The notes under the pieces are model-generated. The model searched no databases. It was not told the DNA's origin and saw only the letters and a program-made list of their open reading frames with translations. Of a stretch of DNA of 64,000 bases, positions 50,374-62,620 are shown piece by piece. Location: assembly GCA_017499595.2 (NCBI GenBank), contig CM039009.1:2170001-2234000 (forward strand), given 5' to 3'. Numbering within the stretch: position 1 is the first letter of the stretch; every line of letters begins with the position of its first letter. Made by a program: the position numbers and the translations under genes. This DNA comes from Psilocybe cubensis (Eukaryota).

Positions 50374-50850
50374 CTAGATGTTCCACACAACAGGGGAAAT
50401 TTGACCAAGCTCCAGCGGCGCCAGCTCTGCAAATGCCTGGTGACTGAGGCTGATATTAAATGATCCCTCTCCGGCAAGGAAAAGATCGGTAAATGTCACG
50501 TCTATGTTTGTCCCTTGGTCTACAAATGCCGTTCGGGATGCATGAGTGTCTAAACGTCTCTGTGGGGATGTATACGTACAGCTGACATGTACTGTAGAGC
50601 AACAGTTCTCTCCATTGGGGAACATGTCGACGGGTAGAGCAACGCGGTAATCAGTGGTCGGGCATTGAACTGGGCAAGGAGTTGTTCCAAGGGAGTCCCA
50701 AGTTGCTAAATCACGAGAATGTATGTAAGCCACTGATAATGGAAGTTGCATAGAACTAGGAAGATGCTTGCCTCTACCGGTGTAGGCATTTACTGAGATA
50801 AGATTGGCTGCTGTGGACAAAAATCCGAGTAGAAAAAGACGGGAGAACAT
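50374..50850 (-). CDS. Small secreted expansin/RlpA-like double-psi beta-barrel protein (3 exons)
   Basis: Signal peptide MFSRLFLLGFLSTAANLISVNA, then YTGR|ATW, VALP...FPNGENCC.TV, VTFTD, ISLSHQAFAELAPLELGQI..V.W. Confidence 0.75.
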   Translation of the reverse strand: MFSRLFLLGFLSTAANLISVNAYTGRGKHLPSSMQLPLSVAYIHSRDLATWDSLGTTPCPVQCPTTDYRVALPVDMFPNGENCCSTVHVSCTYTSPQRRLDTHASRTAFVDQGTNIDVTFTDLFLAGEGSFNISLSHQAFAELAPLELGQISPVVWNI

Positions 50851-51731
50851 GGTGAGTGAAGCTGTAGGCTCAGTGTCTGAATTTATGAGAACAATCAGTC
50901 CAAAAGTCTTGTATTTTATATCTTTCAGCTCCAATATAAATAGCGCCTGCCGTCTGGATAATGCTGAATGATCTTCCACCTAATCATTCTATGGGGAACG
51001 TTCTGACAAGCATAAAATATTGTTGCGACATCCAAGTCCATTCCAGCCCGTATTATACGCATTACATCACCATATAGATGCATGACAAGTTCGTGTTATA
51101 GCCGGATAATGCGAACCCTTCGTTTGCAGTTATACTACGAGAAATTATGTTTTGAACGAGCGCCTATTTCAAAATAGGCAAGGGTCATCAGGCGGCCAAC
51201 TCATATATAGAGTGCGTGAAATTACAAGGAAGATCAGTGCTTCTGGAAGGCCTTGCATCAATATTGGAGGCTACAGATGTACTCAGTGATGGTCAATTCT
51301 CTATCTAATGGAGATGCGACCCGTACACTGCGGTTATTCACGGGCGGCCCTAATGAATTAGAGCCAATCCTAAATACCGTCGGCTCCACAATCATCGGCG
51401 CCTTACTATGATTTGTATCGTTTAGTGGCCTTGTAATTGAAACACATACTTACACAATAATGGCGCAAAACGCGGAGGTATGTCTGCCTTCACGGTGTAG
51501 AGAGGGGTGATTGTTCATTTCTTCCAAATGGATTTGTATCCATTAAAACCCGTGGCACTTTCATATATAAGGAGGTAATACTAATACTACTATGCATTTG
51601 CAAATGAATGACGATGTTCTAACGTAATCTAGTTCCAGTACGTACTAAAAGAGTTAACAAGAACAGACGCTACTACAAAATAGTAAATGACTGACAGGAA
51701 CATAGAGTATACACAATATTCGTCTTTATCT

Positions 51732-53204
51732 TTATACGTTAGAGGCAATCCAGTTTTGAATTTCCTTGTAGACATTTGGAGCAGAAAAGTGAACGTTAAT
51801 GGCATGTCCAGTATTGGCGGGGATTGAGACGTTAAACTTCTGTACGGCCGGGAATAGGACACCGGAGGCTTCCACAAGATTTACCGACGCTCCAGGGAAT
51901 TTCTGGAAACAGTCTCCGCCGCAGAAAATGCTGATCAATAGGTTAGATATGTTTTATGATTACCTCTAGCCACTTGTATGCTTACAAGTCTTTATCCCCA
52001 GTGACAACAAACACAGGATTCGTATAATTGGATGCCACCGAGGCAGATAGGGTGAGAAACTCGCCCAAAGTCGCTGTTCCTTTGGTCGAGGAGGCGATTT
52101 TGAGGACATCTAAGATGCGAGTCAACAATCGTGAAGGTTGGAATGTGTCATGTGCATACTGAAATCGAAGAATGGGAAAGCGAAAAACGCAGATTGATCA
52201 TTGTAGATTGACTGTGTTGTGAGATAAGAGCTAGGTAATGAACCTATCGAAATTATATCAACACTGCCCAACGGCCTAGTTTAACCTGAAAGCCTACCAA
52301 ATCTCGCTTTATTTTGTTCAGAAGCTATGGTCAGTCCGAATGCTGCCAAAGAGGTGCTTATGCCTCCCTGAAACGGGGAAAATCCGGTGAGAATAATTGC
52401 ATCCAAAAGATTCCCGTATTTTGAGGCTAAACCTAGTAGTTGAAGACTAAATACACAATAATGAGATTTTTAGAGCAAATAGTATGCTTAAAACATACCT
52501 TCCATATGAGTGACCTAATCCAATAAACCTCGTAAACGTGTAGCCTGATTTTCCACTCTTGAGGTATTTGATCAATTGAGCGGCAATTTCGACTTGGGTG
52601 GCTGTCTGTACTTGCTGTATACCATCGGGTTTACTCGAATGACCAACTCCTATCATAGTTTTGTTGTGTCTCAATTCATAACACACTCAGAACAAAACAG
52701 CTTCACTTACCCAATCTATCATAGAGAAAGACTGCATGACCAGCTCGATTCGCAACATCTACATAGTTATATTTGGACCCTTTCCCTCCAAAGTTCCAGT
52801 AACTATGATCAAAATTGATGCTGGCACCAAGATGAATTCCCTTTGCCTATATAAAGAGTATAATAGGGGACTCACCCATGAACCGCAAACTCAACAGTCG
52901 TTATGGCCCTTTCAGATGAAACAGTTACTGGAAGGCAGAGCAGACTCCAAATCTTGTAGTTTGCTGTTAAATTTCTTTGCCCTTGCAGAACATCCGCAGT
53001 TACGTTGGAAGACAGACTCGTGACCTTTGTAATAAAGCCAGTCAGCTCCGATTGGTTTTTAGGCGCCGTAAGCTCTATGTTTTGTGTAAGCGCCGTGACC
53101 GATACGGGGATAGTTATTTGTCGACATTGAGCTGAGCCGGACGGTGGTGCAGAGGCAAGAGAAATAGTAGCCGTGAGCGAAAGAAGAACAAGGTATATAA
53201 ACAT
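51732..53204 (-). CDS. Secreted alpha/beta-hydrolase-fold protein (multi-exon)
   Basis: Signal peptide; VHG|INFDHSYW, YDRLG|VGHSSKPDG, nucleophile elbow GLGHSYG, IILTGFS, PVFVVTGDKD, IPANTGHAINVH. Confidence 0.88.
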
Positions 53205-54979
53205 GTCTGAAGCAGGTAGAAGGGTAGCAAGACCGGGAAGCTTGTTTTCATGCCATTTATACGAGACGCTAGAGTGATGTCGGACAAAAACTTACCGACG
53301 GTCGGACGAGATAAACGCCCATGAGTCATATAAGATAAAGGCAAGATAAATTCATTAAGATAACTTTTTTTGGGATCTTTTCTATGAGCTCGTAAAACTT
53401 AAAGATCAATCTGAAGGACTTTGTGTTTCCTTAGTATTGGATGAGCAGAAGAAGACTGGTTATAATTTGGATTCGAATGTTTCATTTCTGCGCGCTGTAT
53501 ATCATACTACACAGGCATATCTGCTATATGCGCATTTTCGTGTTTATAACTGAATTATTTAGTATATCGGCGAAAGGTTTTCAGCGAATTTGATTCAACA
53601 TTGATGTGTCCGGGATGTGTTTAAACGGTACAGGAGCTATAGGTCGCAACGCAAAGAATTATTCCGAGTCCAAATTGGTGATTTCCACGCTGTGAGTATG
53701 AATAGACCTATAGGTTACAATATTCCGACTCAATACTAAAACTAGAAACGGAGTCCTACGGAATTGCAAGTTGAGCTTTAAGTTCGTCAGGAGGCGATCT
53801 CACGCGGACGCGTTTATCACGTGACAGAAGTGACATCATGCCCGACGGCGGATACAATGTTACACACCAAACCTGCACCGATACACACAGGACGTAAAGA
53901 TTCACATAATGACATCCAACTCGCATCAAAATGTAAGCAATGTACCCCGCAGGCACCTGTACACAAGTCTCATATGTATATCAACCGGCGCTCTAAATTC
54001 AGTCAGGGAAAAATACTTGCTAAAAATTAAATTGGGTATAGTAGTAGTAAGCTATTTCTGAAGGTCAAAGATCACTCATTCTACAGCCATTTACAGAGCT
54101 ATGGCGGGCATTATCATGTCGCTCTCTAAGAGGGCACAGTCTACCGCGGCGCTCTCGGACAATTTGGAGAGCTATTAATAGAATTGGCATCATTGGTCTA
54201 AGCAATGCCTAAGCGGGGCTATGCAATGGCTCACCGCCTTCAAAATGGAACTCGAGTGGGCCCAAGGGCATGTTTTTCAGTCAATAGCAGATAGGCGCAG
54301 ACAATGGTGAAGATATGAGTTGCGCAAAGGAAGGAGTAATGAAACACGCCTTTCTACTGTTGAGTTTCTTATGATCGGACAATGACTGTCGACGACTCAG
54401 GATAGATGCTAAATGGAAAATTATCGTGAACATTGTGTAATACTTTAATGTACGATAAGTGTTGGTATGGCAACGCGCCAGCCCACACCCCTCAAAGGGG
54501 CGCTGCAGAGGATGCAGAGGCTAGACACCAAGACATTTTGCGTATGATATGATCAACCACACTGATTTGATTGAGGTAAAGAGGCTGTATACCAATTACA
54601 TCGAATGAGATGCTTCGGCTTTCCATGATCGACTCGTCTCAGACCTGTGTATCTGCAGCGCGTATTTTGAGGAAATAGAATGTTCGGGTGTATGGGCATG
54701 CCGGCAGACTCCACCACTGCCTGGTCCTAACATCAAATTGATGTGTGCCTCTTTGTAGGTGTTTACACATATATTATGTACGCTGCCCGCGGTCCCCGAT
54801 CATCATACACAATTCAGCGCCTCTTGGACCTGCGGTATTAATGCAATGGGCGGTACCGCCGCTGTCTAGCCTATAAAATAGGTTAAGAGTATGCATTGAC
54901 ATCCTCAGTGCTTTCACATCTTCTTTTCTCTCCACTTCCTCATTTAATTAATTCCAACGCTCCAGAGAGACAGAGCATA

Positions 54980-56398
54980 ATGATTTCCAAAGGACTTGCA
55001 CTCGCATTTTCGGCTCTTCCGCTTGCATTAGGTGCTAACTGGGATGTACAAGTCGCCCCAGAAGGCAATTTGGTCTATAATCCTGAATGGATTACAGCCA
55101 ACCCTGGAGACACAGTAACTTTCACATTGTAAGCTTTTGTGTTATTTCGCCATATTTTTTACAGTTGCTGATACAATGAATTTAGCAATCCAAAAGCTCA
55201 TACTGTTACACAGTCATCCTTTGACACCCCTTGTGTCTCGTCGCAGCAGTTTGATACCGGATTGTATGACTTTTCATCACCCGTTCTAACGTATGAAGCT
55301 CAAATAATGTATGCAGTGTAAATGTCACAGCCGGAGGTCCCCCTCAAACAAAGGTCTTCAACGTTCCGGAGGGTAATACCCCTTTGTGGTTCTACTGCAG
55401 ACAGGTCGGGCATTGCGGCCAGGGTATGGTCTTTGCCATCAATCCCCCGGCAGATCCCAGCCCGAGGTCATTTAGCGCCTTCAAAGCGCTTGCAATTGCC
55501 CAAAATGGAACGGCTTCCTCATCGACTGGTTCTGCTCCAGCCTCCACCTTCACAACCCCTCCTCCTCCTGTATGGCAAACTGCGACAGCAACTGTCACTT
55601 TCAACAACTCGGTCTACACCACAACTTACACTAGCTATGACGGTACTCCTCGTACGTGCAGTTGTGTCATTTTGAGGTCTCCAAATGTGGTTCTAAATAA
55701 TATTTCTCTTGCAGCGCCTACTCCGACCGCCAACCCAGTTGACCACAGAATTCAAGTGGGTGAAAATGGCCTCACTTATACCGAGTCCAATATTACGGCG
55801 AGCATTGGTGATACTGTCACGTTCGAGTTCCATGCGAAGAACCACACTGTGACTCAATCAAGCTTCCTCAAGCCATGCATCCCTCTGTTAGAGAGCACCG
55901 GTGTTCAAGGATTCGCCTCCGGCTTGTAAGTAGCGCCCGATCTTCAACGCCGTTTCAAAGTCTGATCCAGAATCAATGTCATTAGCAAACCTGTTGCTCC
56001 CGACGCCACTGAGTTCCCTACATTCACAATCACCATCAACGACGTGCGTAGCTTTGGTTTCACTTCATCTCTTACCTGATAACTTACGAAAAATTCAAAC
56101 GCAGACTGCGCCCATCTGGGGATACTGTGGCCAAACCGGACACTGTGCTGCCGGCATGGTGTTCTCAATCAATGCTGTCGAATCAGGCCCGAACAACTTT
56201 GAAGCTTTCCTGAACTTAGCAAAACAGTCAAACCAAACGGCTACTTCTTCGGATACCGGATCATCCACCTCCACTTCCGCGTCCACTTCCAGTACCTCAA
56301 CTGACCGGCCTAACAGTCGCGGGTTCATCTCATCTCAGGCGAGCCTTCCCTTAACGCTGGGGATGGGAATCCTTGCCATTGTTTCTTTTATTCTGTAG
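54980..56398 (+). CDS. Extracellular Ser/Thr-rich protein with two cupredoxin domains, likely GPI-anchored
   Basis: Signal peptide; twice GDTVTF.F..K.HTVTQSSF..PC followed by W.YC.Q.GHC..GMVF.IN; Ser/Thr stalk and hydrophobic C-terminus. Confidence 0.9.
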
Positions 56399-56852
56399 AA
56401 GAGTACTTATCTGAGGATCTGAGAACTTTGTATTTTGTAACGATATTTATGATTGTTTTGGAGTCGTAGTTAGATTCGAACACTTGCCCTGCTCGTCGTT
56501 AAAATATCAGCATGAACTTTTTGATGCCTTATTTATGTAAAACCTACTGTTCCAAAATTTTAGTGTCATTTTTGTAATATACATCTTTATCTGTTACCAG
56601 ACAAACCTTGTATTCATTTGATAAACAACTGGTGACAGAGAGCTGCTGCGTCAGAGAGAAACACTTCCGTCGGTTCTTCAAGGCACAGGTCAAATTTGCT
56701 CCCGAGAAAGTTTGAACGGAGATTGATTGGAATATTTCGGCATTCCGGCAAGTTGTTTGGTTTCTTTGGGCAAAAATGCCACATTGATTCTACTCGAATT
56801 TCGACAAATTAACCACTCTAGCATTCTCCTTCTGCGCGAGCTTTATTTCACA

Positions 56853-57958
56853 ATGGCAACGGAAGATAGTCTAGATCTCGGTGAAATGTTCACAGTCAGT
56901 ATACCTTGCACATCTCAATACCACTTGAATGGCTAATCTGCGAAGGAACCACCCAGACCACCCACACCAGAACCCACAATCTCGACATATAATCGCGATC
57001 AAGATAAGATATCACCCGACAGTAGTTGGGATTCAATCAAAATCAGACTGGTTGGGTCGCACCCTTTGTGGGCGCATCATCTGTATGTTTTTAACTTCGT
57101 GAATTGAGTGAAACATCAGTTCTGAAAATTTGAAGGTGGAACGCAGCTTTGGCTTTGGCTTCTCATTTGGATGAACATCGCGAGCTATATTCCGGGAAAT
57201 GTGTGCTGGAGCTGGGAGCAGGTGGTGCCCTACCTAGTATCGTTGCTGCGAAGAATGGTGCTCGCAAAGTGAGTATTGAAACTTAAACATCTGGTATGAG
57301 GCTCTATTGACATTGAATAAGGTTGTGATAACGGATTATCCCGACGCCTCCTTGGTGGACAACATTTCATATAATGTCGCGGAAAATGTAGAAGCGGAGG
57401 AGCGCTCTCGCGTAGAGGTTCAAGTAAGCATTCGCCCATCGTTATGGTATGCCGACTGAAGATTATAGGGCTACATATGGGGACGATCGGTCACACCATT
57501 GTTGGACGTTCTTCCTTCCCCTGGAAAATTCCAGCTTATAATACTATCGGATTTGATCTTCAACCACTCTCAGGCGAGTAACGCCCCATTTTTCGCTGGC
57601 TTACAATACGCTAACGCGACTATTTTTCAGCATGATGCATTGCTCAATACTTGTGAGCTTGTACTTGAACCTCTGACACCCAATTCCCATGAAGGAACAG
57701 AGCCCTGTGTTCTCGTATTTTATTCGCATCACCGGCCTCACCTCGCTCATCGAGACATGGAATTTTTCACCAAAGCGGAGGAACGAGGGTGGATTTGTAA
57801 AGAGACCGTAACAAGGATGTTTCCTGCAAGTCTCCATCTACATCATTTTGACGTTTTATTTATGAATCCTTTAGCCAATGTTCCCTGAGGATTCTGGAGA
57901 GGAATCTGTCCGATCGACTGTTCATGGATGGAAGCTGACCAAGCCTTTATCGTCCTAA
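56853..57958 (+). CDS. EFM7: Protein N-terminal/lysine methyltransferase EFM7 (NNT1) family
   Basis: [77 protein letters not shown]...VRSTVHGW. Confidence 0.9.
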
Positions 57959-58261
57959 TTGTGTATCCAACATCACTCCCCTTCATATCACTGTCGCTCA
58001 AAAAAATATTTTTTACACTAACGAAGTACTTCGCCATCCCGGTGAAACGGAATTGTTCAAACTTCAAGTGTATACATCCATCCTAATGCGCGTCATGCTT
58101 TGTGAAAAATCAGCCTTTCATATCACGCGTGCTTCTCGTCTTCTTTACATGGTTTAGCGGTCTTTTGCATCACACGATACGTAAATCTTCGAGCTTCTTA
58201 AAATGCCCACCTTTGCTCGCATGGTTCCCACTTCTTCGCCCCCGCTCTACCTGGTACCACA

Positions 58262-59834
58262 ATGTGGCTACGTTGGATTAGTGTTGCTGTGAACTTGCTA
58301 GTAGTATTTCCAGCATTTCCACAAACCTTTGGAGCGACGTATATTCTGTCTGAAAATATCATAGGAGATGCCTTTTATTCACATTTCGACTGGGAGGCGG
58401 TACCCGATCCAAATCACGGAAGAGTGTGAGTGATCTATGCTGTTGGGGTGTATACTTCAACTGCTGATGCCTACTTGGGCTTAAAAAGAAACTATGTCGA
58501 CCAGGCCACCTCGGTTGCCCAAAATCTGACCTATGCCAGCTCGGATTCCTTCATCCTCAGAACTGATTACACTAGTGTTCTGGGCATTGACGGACCTGGA
58601 AGGAACTCTGTGAGGATCAGAAGCAAGAACACCTATACAACACATGTGGCAATGTGAGGCTTTTGTTTTCGTTATTTAAATACTATGTGGACCGTGTCTG
58701 AGCGAAGTTCTATGGATGTAGTTTTGACCTGCGGCATATGCCCCAAGGCTGCGGGTACTATGTTTCATAGATCCGCAGCGTTTTCCTGACTTTGAATATT
58801 GACTCCCAGAACATGGCCTGGAGTAAAAGAAGTCAAAGAATCAGATAAACCAAAGGGTGTAAGGCGATGATATCCGTTTCCACAATTGTCTTTGCTTGAA
58901 CACTTCAATTCAAACCAGGGATTAGTGGATATCGTTGAAGGTGTTAACGACCAGCCACCGAACTCAATCAGTCTTCATACAACAGAAGGTGTGTCCTCTT
59001 ATCCTCAATGCTATATGGCTCAGGATGCAGTAGCTGGTTATTGTGCGCAAAGGATGTACTATGCCTGCAAAACGACGCCAGAAAGGGTTCGTCTTACCGA
59101 TCTACTCCATTCGTTGCAAATAAAAATTGTCTGGAAACAGAGTGAGCGGACAGCTTGACTGCAATAGCCTCGTGAACGCCAACGAAGGATGCAAGGTCAC
59201 CGACCCTGCCTTGCCGGATTATGGACCCCAATTCAACGTCATGGGCGGCGGATGGTGAATCAAATATGTCATGCTGCCGTTTCAGGAATCGCGATGCTAA
59301 CAAGGCGTCCTAAGGTACGTGCTGGAACGCACAGAAGAGCACATTAGTGTTTGGTTCTGGACGAGGCATGACCCTTCCGTGCCTTTCGAGATCAAACACG
59401 GCTTCCTAGAAGTAGACTCGACGACATGGGTATCCAATTTGTCTTTCTTGGTAATTTCATTGTGATTGACATATGACCAGGGTCCACCAGTGGCCTACTT
59501 CCCTAACGACGATTGTAACCCTATGAGCAAGTACTTTGAGGAACATAACATTATCATCAACCTTACGCTTTGTATGCAAATTTCGATAATCTGCCGTTCT
59601 GTTGTTGATCAGGCCATTTAACTTTTTGCACCAGGTGGAGACTGGGCAGGGGGTCCTGCGTACGAGCAAGCTGGGTGTCCTTCTACATGTGCCGGTACGT
59701 ATACATCATCATAATAAACACATCCGTTGATGACATTGGCACGGCTGTGGTGTGATTTAGATTTTGTAAACAACAACCCAGCTGCTTTCATTGAAGCTTA
59801 CTTCGATTTTGCTGCCGTGCGCGTGTATATCTGA
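58262..59834 (+). CDS. GH16 fungal laminarinase-like protein lacking the catalytic nucleophile
   Basis: Signal peptide, PDPNHGRV|NYVDQ, GRNSVRI.S, HMPQGCG|TWP, GLVDIVEGVN, SLHTT, FN..GGG|WY, ISVWFW.R, HNIIINLTL|CGDWAG, AF.EAYFDF. The exons join without stops. Confidence 0.9.
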
Positions 59835-60199
59835 AGGAAACTACATCTACGTGCAGCTTCTTTTCTGTCGTTTCTTTGGTCGATGATCGGTTTAGATCGA
59901 GGGGTGCACAGAGATAGTATTCGGCAGTATGAACTTATTTTACGAAGTTTGAGAGTGGCATGATGAAAAGCAAGTCATAGGTGACTCAACATGCAAAAAA
60001 AATCAGGGGTTTCCAAGATTTCTTTAAAAATAGTATTTGAGATAAAGAATCCTCGAGGGTGCAATGTACGTATGCACGAAAGAACAACATTGCAGTCAAA
60101 TTACTCCACGAGAAGAGATAAAAGACGAGACCATCGCCACTTTTCAGAATTATAAAACAAGTGCGTCGAAGGTGATTGCCACAATAAACATCCAATGTC

Positions 60200-62471
60200 T
60201 CAGCGTCCGCGCCGAGAGTCAAATTGACCACTATCTCTTCTTTCATGCGGAGCCTTGTCTCTATCATGATCATTTCGTTTGTCAGTCGCGGCGCTTGAGG
60301 TTGAGGGCAGTAAGTTGCTTGCAGCAGCACGCGACGACGACGATGGAGGACCGATTCGATGCTGCATCATACTCGCCATCAGCGTTGAATCTATCGAGGC
60401 ACTTGTCGCCGGTGGGGCGGCGGGCAGACGAGCGTTGGCACCAGGAAGAGGAAGCCTTCCCGATGACGGAGGGGGCGGTGGATTGGTGGGAGTGGAAGAA
60501 GGGAAGGAGAAGGGCTGTCCAGGAGAGGGAAGCATTTGCGGGACAGAGGTTTCGGTACTTTGTGTTGCCGCTGTTTGAGAAGATGATGTAGATGGAGACT
60601 GCTGCGACGCGGTGGCGTGTTGCGCCTGCTGCTGCGTGAGGGTTTCTCTCGCACGACGTAGAGCAGCGAGGCGATCTGTGGGTGGAGGTGGCGAGATAAT
60701 GGATGTACTCTTCGGCTCGATCTTGATCTTGATTTTGCCCGCCGACTTGGTAGCTTTCTGCTTCGATAATGGTGCAGCAGAAGATGACGAAGTAGAAGAG
60801 GAAGCCTCGGCGTTGGTAGACTTGCGAGCAGCTTTCCTCGCCTGTTCTTCATGGTATATATCCTCGTCGTCATCTTCGTCGCTGTCCATATAATCATCCC
60901 CGTCTTTGTCCTTTCCCCGCTTCCTCTTGCCTCCGGATTTGTAAGGCTTTCCTACAATGGACCCTGTGTCGCCTGGAATCGTTGTAGGCTTCCACTTCAT
61001 AATAAAGTCGCTCATGGTTTTCATAACCTTGCTGTTTGTACGAATATCAACGTGCTCTTTGCGGACATTGAGACGCATCTTCGAAATCCCCGAAGCTAGT
61101 TGTGTCATCGTCGCCTTGTCCTTGTGCATGTAGATGAATACTGCAAACATGACAAATTCAACAGGTGAGGTCTTCACGGGTTCCCTAAACACCTTTTGGT
61201 GGGTTTCGTCCTCGGCAAGGGCGGAAAAGACACGGAATGTGTCCCGAACCTGGTGAACAAACGAGTGTTCGAGTCGCTGGTCGTTCGAGAGCCATTTTTC
61301 TAATTGTGGCATGCCCACGTTCTTGAACCCGCTCTCGAGCTTGTCCATGCAGTACAGCGCTTGTGCAAGCCCGCGGTAGTCGCCCCCACGCGAAGTATCC
61401 CATTGCAATGCACCATTGGAGAGCGTCCCTTCCTCTTTCATGTATATATTTTGAAGCTCGCGAACGAAGTCTGACCGATAGGTTTTGACCACTTGAAGTT
61501 TCTCTGTTGGTGAACAGTGAGATCGGTCATGAGTCAGGCTAGAGCGATGCTACGTACCGGCAGGTGTCAGTGCCATCCCAAGTTGTACTCTCTGTAGACA
61601 TTTAGAAAGAGAAGATCAAGGAGACGGAATAGAATCTACCTGGAATATTTCACGTTCGGCTTCTTCTGACAGATTTTGATACTCCATGCAGACGATTTGC
61701 TTGTTCGCGAACAGCTTTCGAAGACGAGGGTGAAGTAGCTGCTTTTTTCTTGCGCCGGACGTTGTATGTGTGTCTTTGTACCAGTATCGCTTTCCTGTGA
61801 ATCTATGTTGGGTAAGCACGCGGTCATGTCAAAGATAGGCGCGTACGTACTGATCTCTATCTGTTTACACGGCAGAGGATTCAGCAATGCGCTGTCAAGG
61901 TCTCTAAAAACACATACGGGGAATCTGGAATGGCCACAATTAACTCAAGGCACACACAAGCGAAGGTGGTCTTACCAGGCCATCCATGAATCTTGTAAGA
62001 ACAGGCATGTCAGTGTATTGTTGATCCTGCACGAAAGAATATCGCACTTGTGAATAGATGTCAACCTCTGCTTTCCATCGATACATGTCCTCGTCTCCGC
62101 TCCTTCGTCGTTCATTTGCACCGTGAAAATGACAGGTGGGACGTAGAAATTGCGGTATATGGAGTCTATGAGCCCGATTTGTTTTGCTTCGGACCACACA
62201 ACATCTGCAACGGATTATCAGCTTGTACCGACTCTACTCAAGCTTGCCTACCTCGCTGATACTCTGGCTCCAAATTGATGTCGTTGTTGTGTATTTGATC
62301 TGCGGAAAGTTAAACACGACGCGTTTTCAACGAAACGTGGTGCCACGCACCAAACAAGGCCTGGGTGGTGTACGTCGCAGGCCGCGGAACCGAGAGCGCG
62401 TGTGTGATCTTATAATCATCGTTTTCGTCACTGTCGAAGTCTGTGAGGTCAGAATACTCGTCGTCGGACAT
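60200..62471 (-). CDS. DUF262 (GmrSD N-terminal / ParB-Srx-like) domain protein
   Basis: IDLEPEYQR|DVVWSEAKQIGLIDSIYRNFYVPPVIF, CIDGKQRLTSI, EREIFQ|RVQLGMALTPA|EK; basic NLS-like KRKRGK and a low-complexity C-terminal tail. Confidence 0.85.
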
Positions 62472-62620
62472 GGTGGTATTGAAGAGGAATGTTGTTGAAT
62501 TTGTTCGGATTTTGCATGACCTTAACCCTAAAACATGACACCCGACTGGCGACCCATTCATTGTTCACATTGAATCGTTGTTCCTTGACCTCTTGGTACA
62601 CCTATCTTCTTCCTTACACT

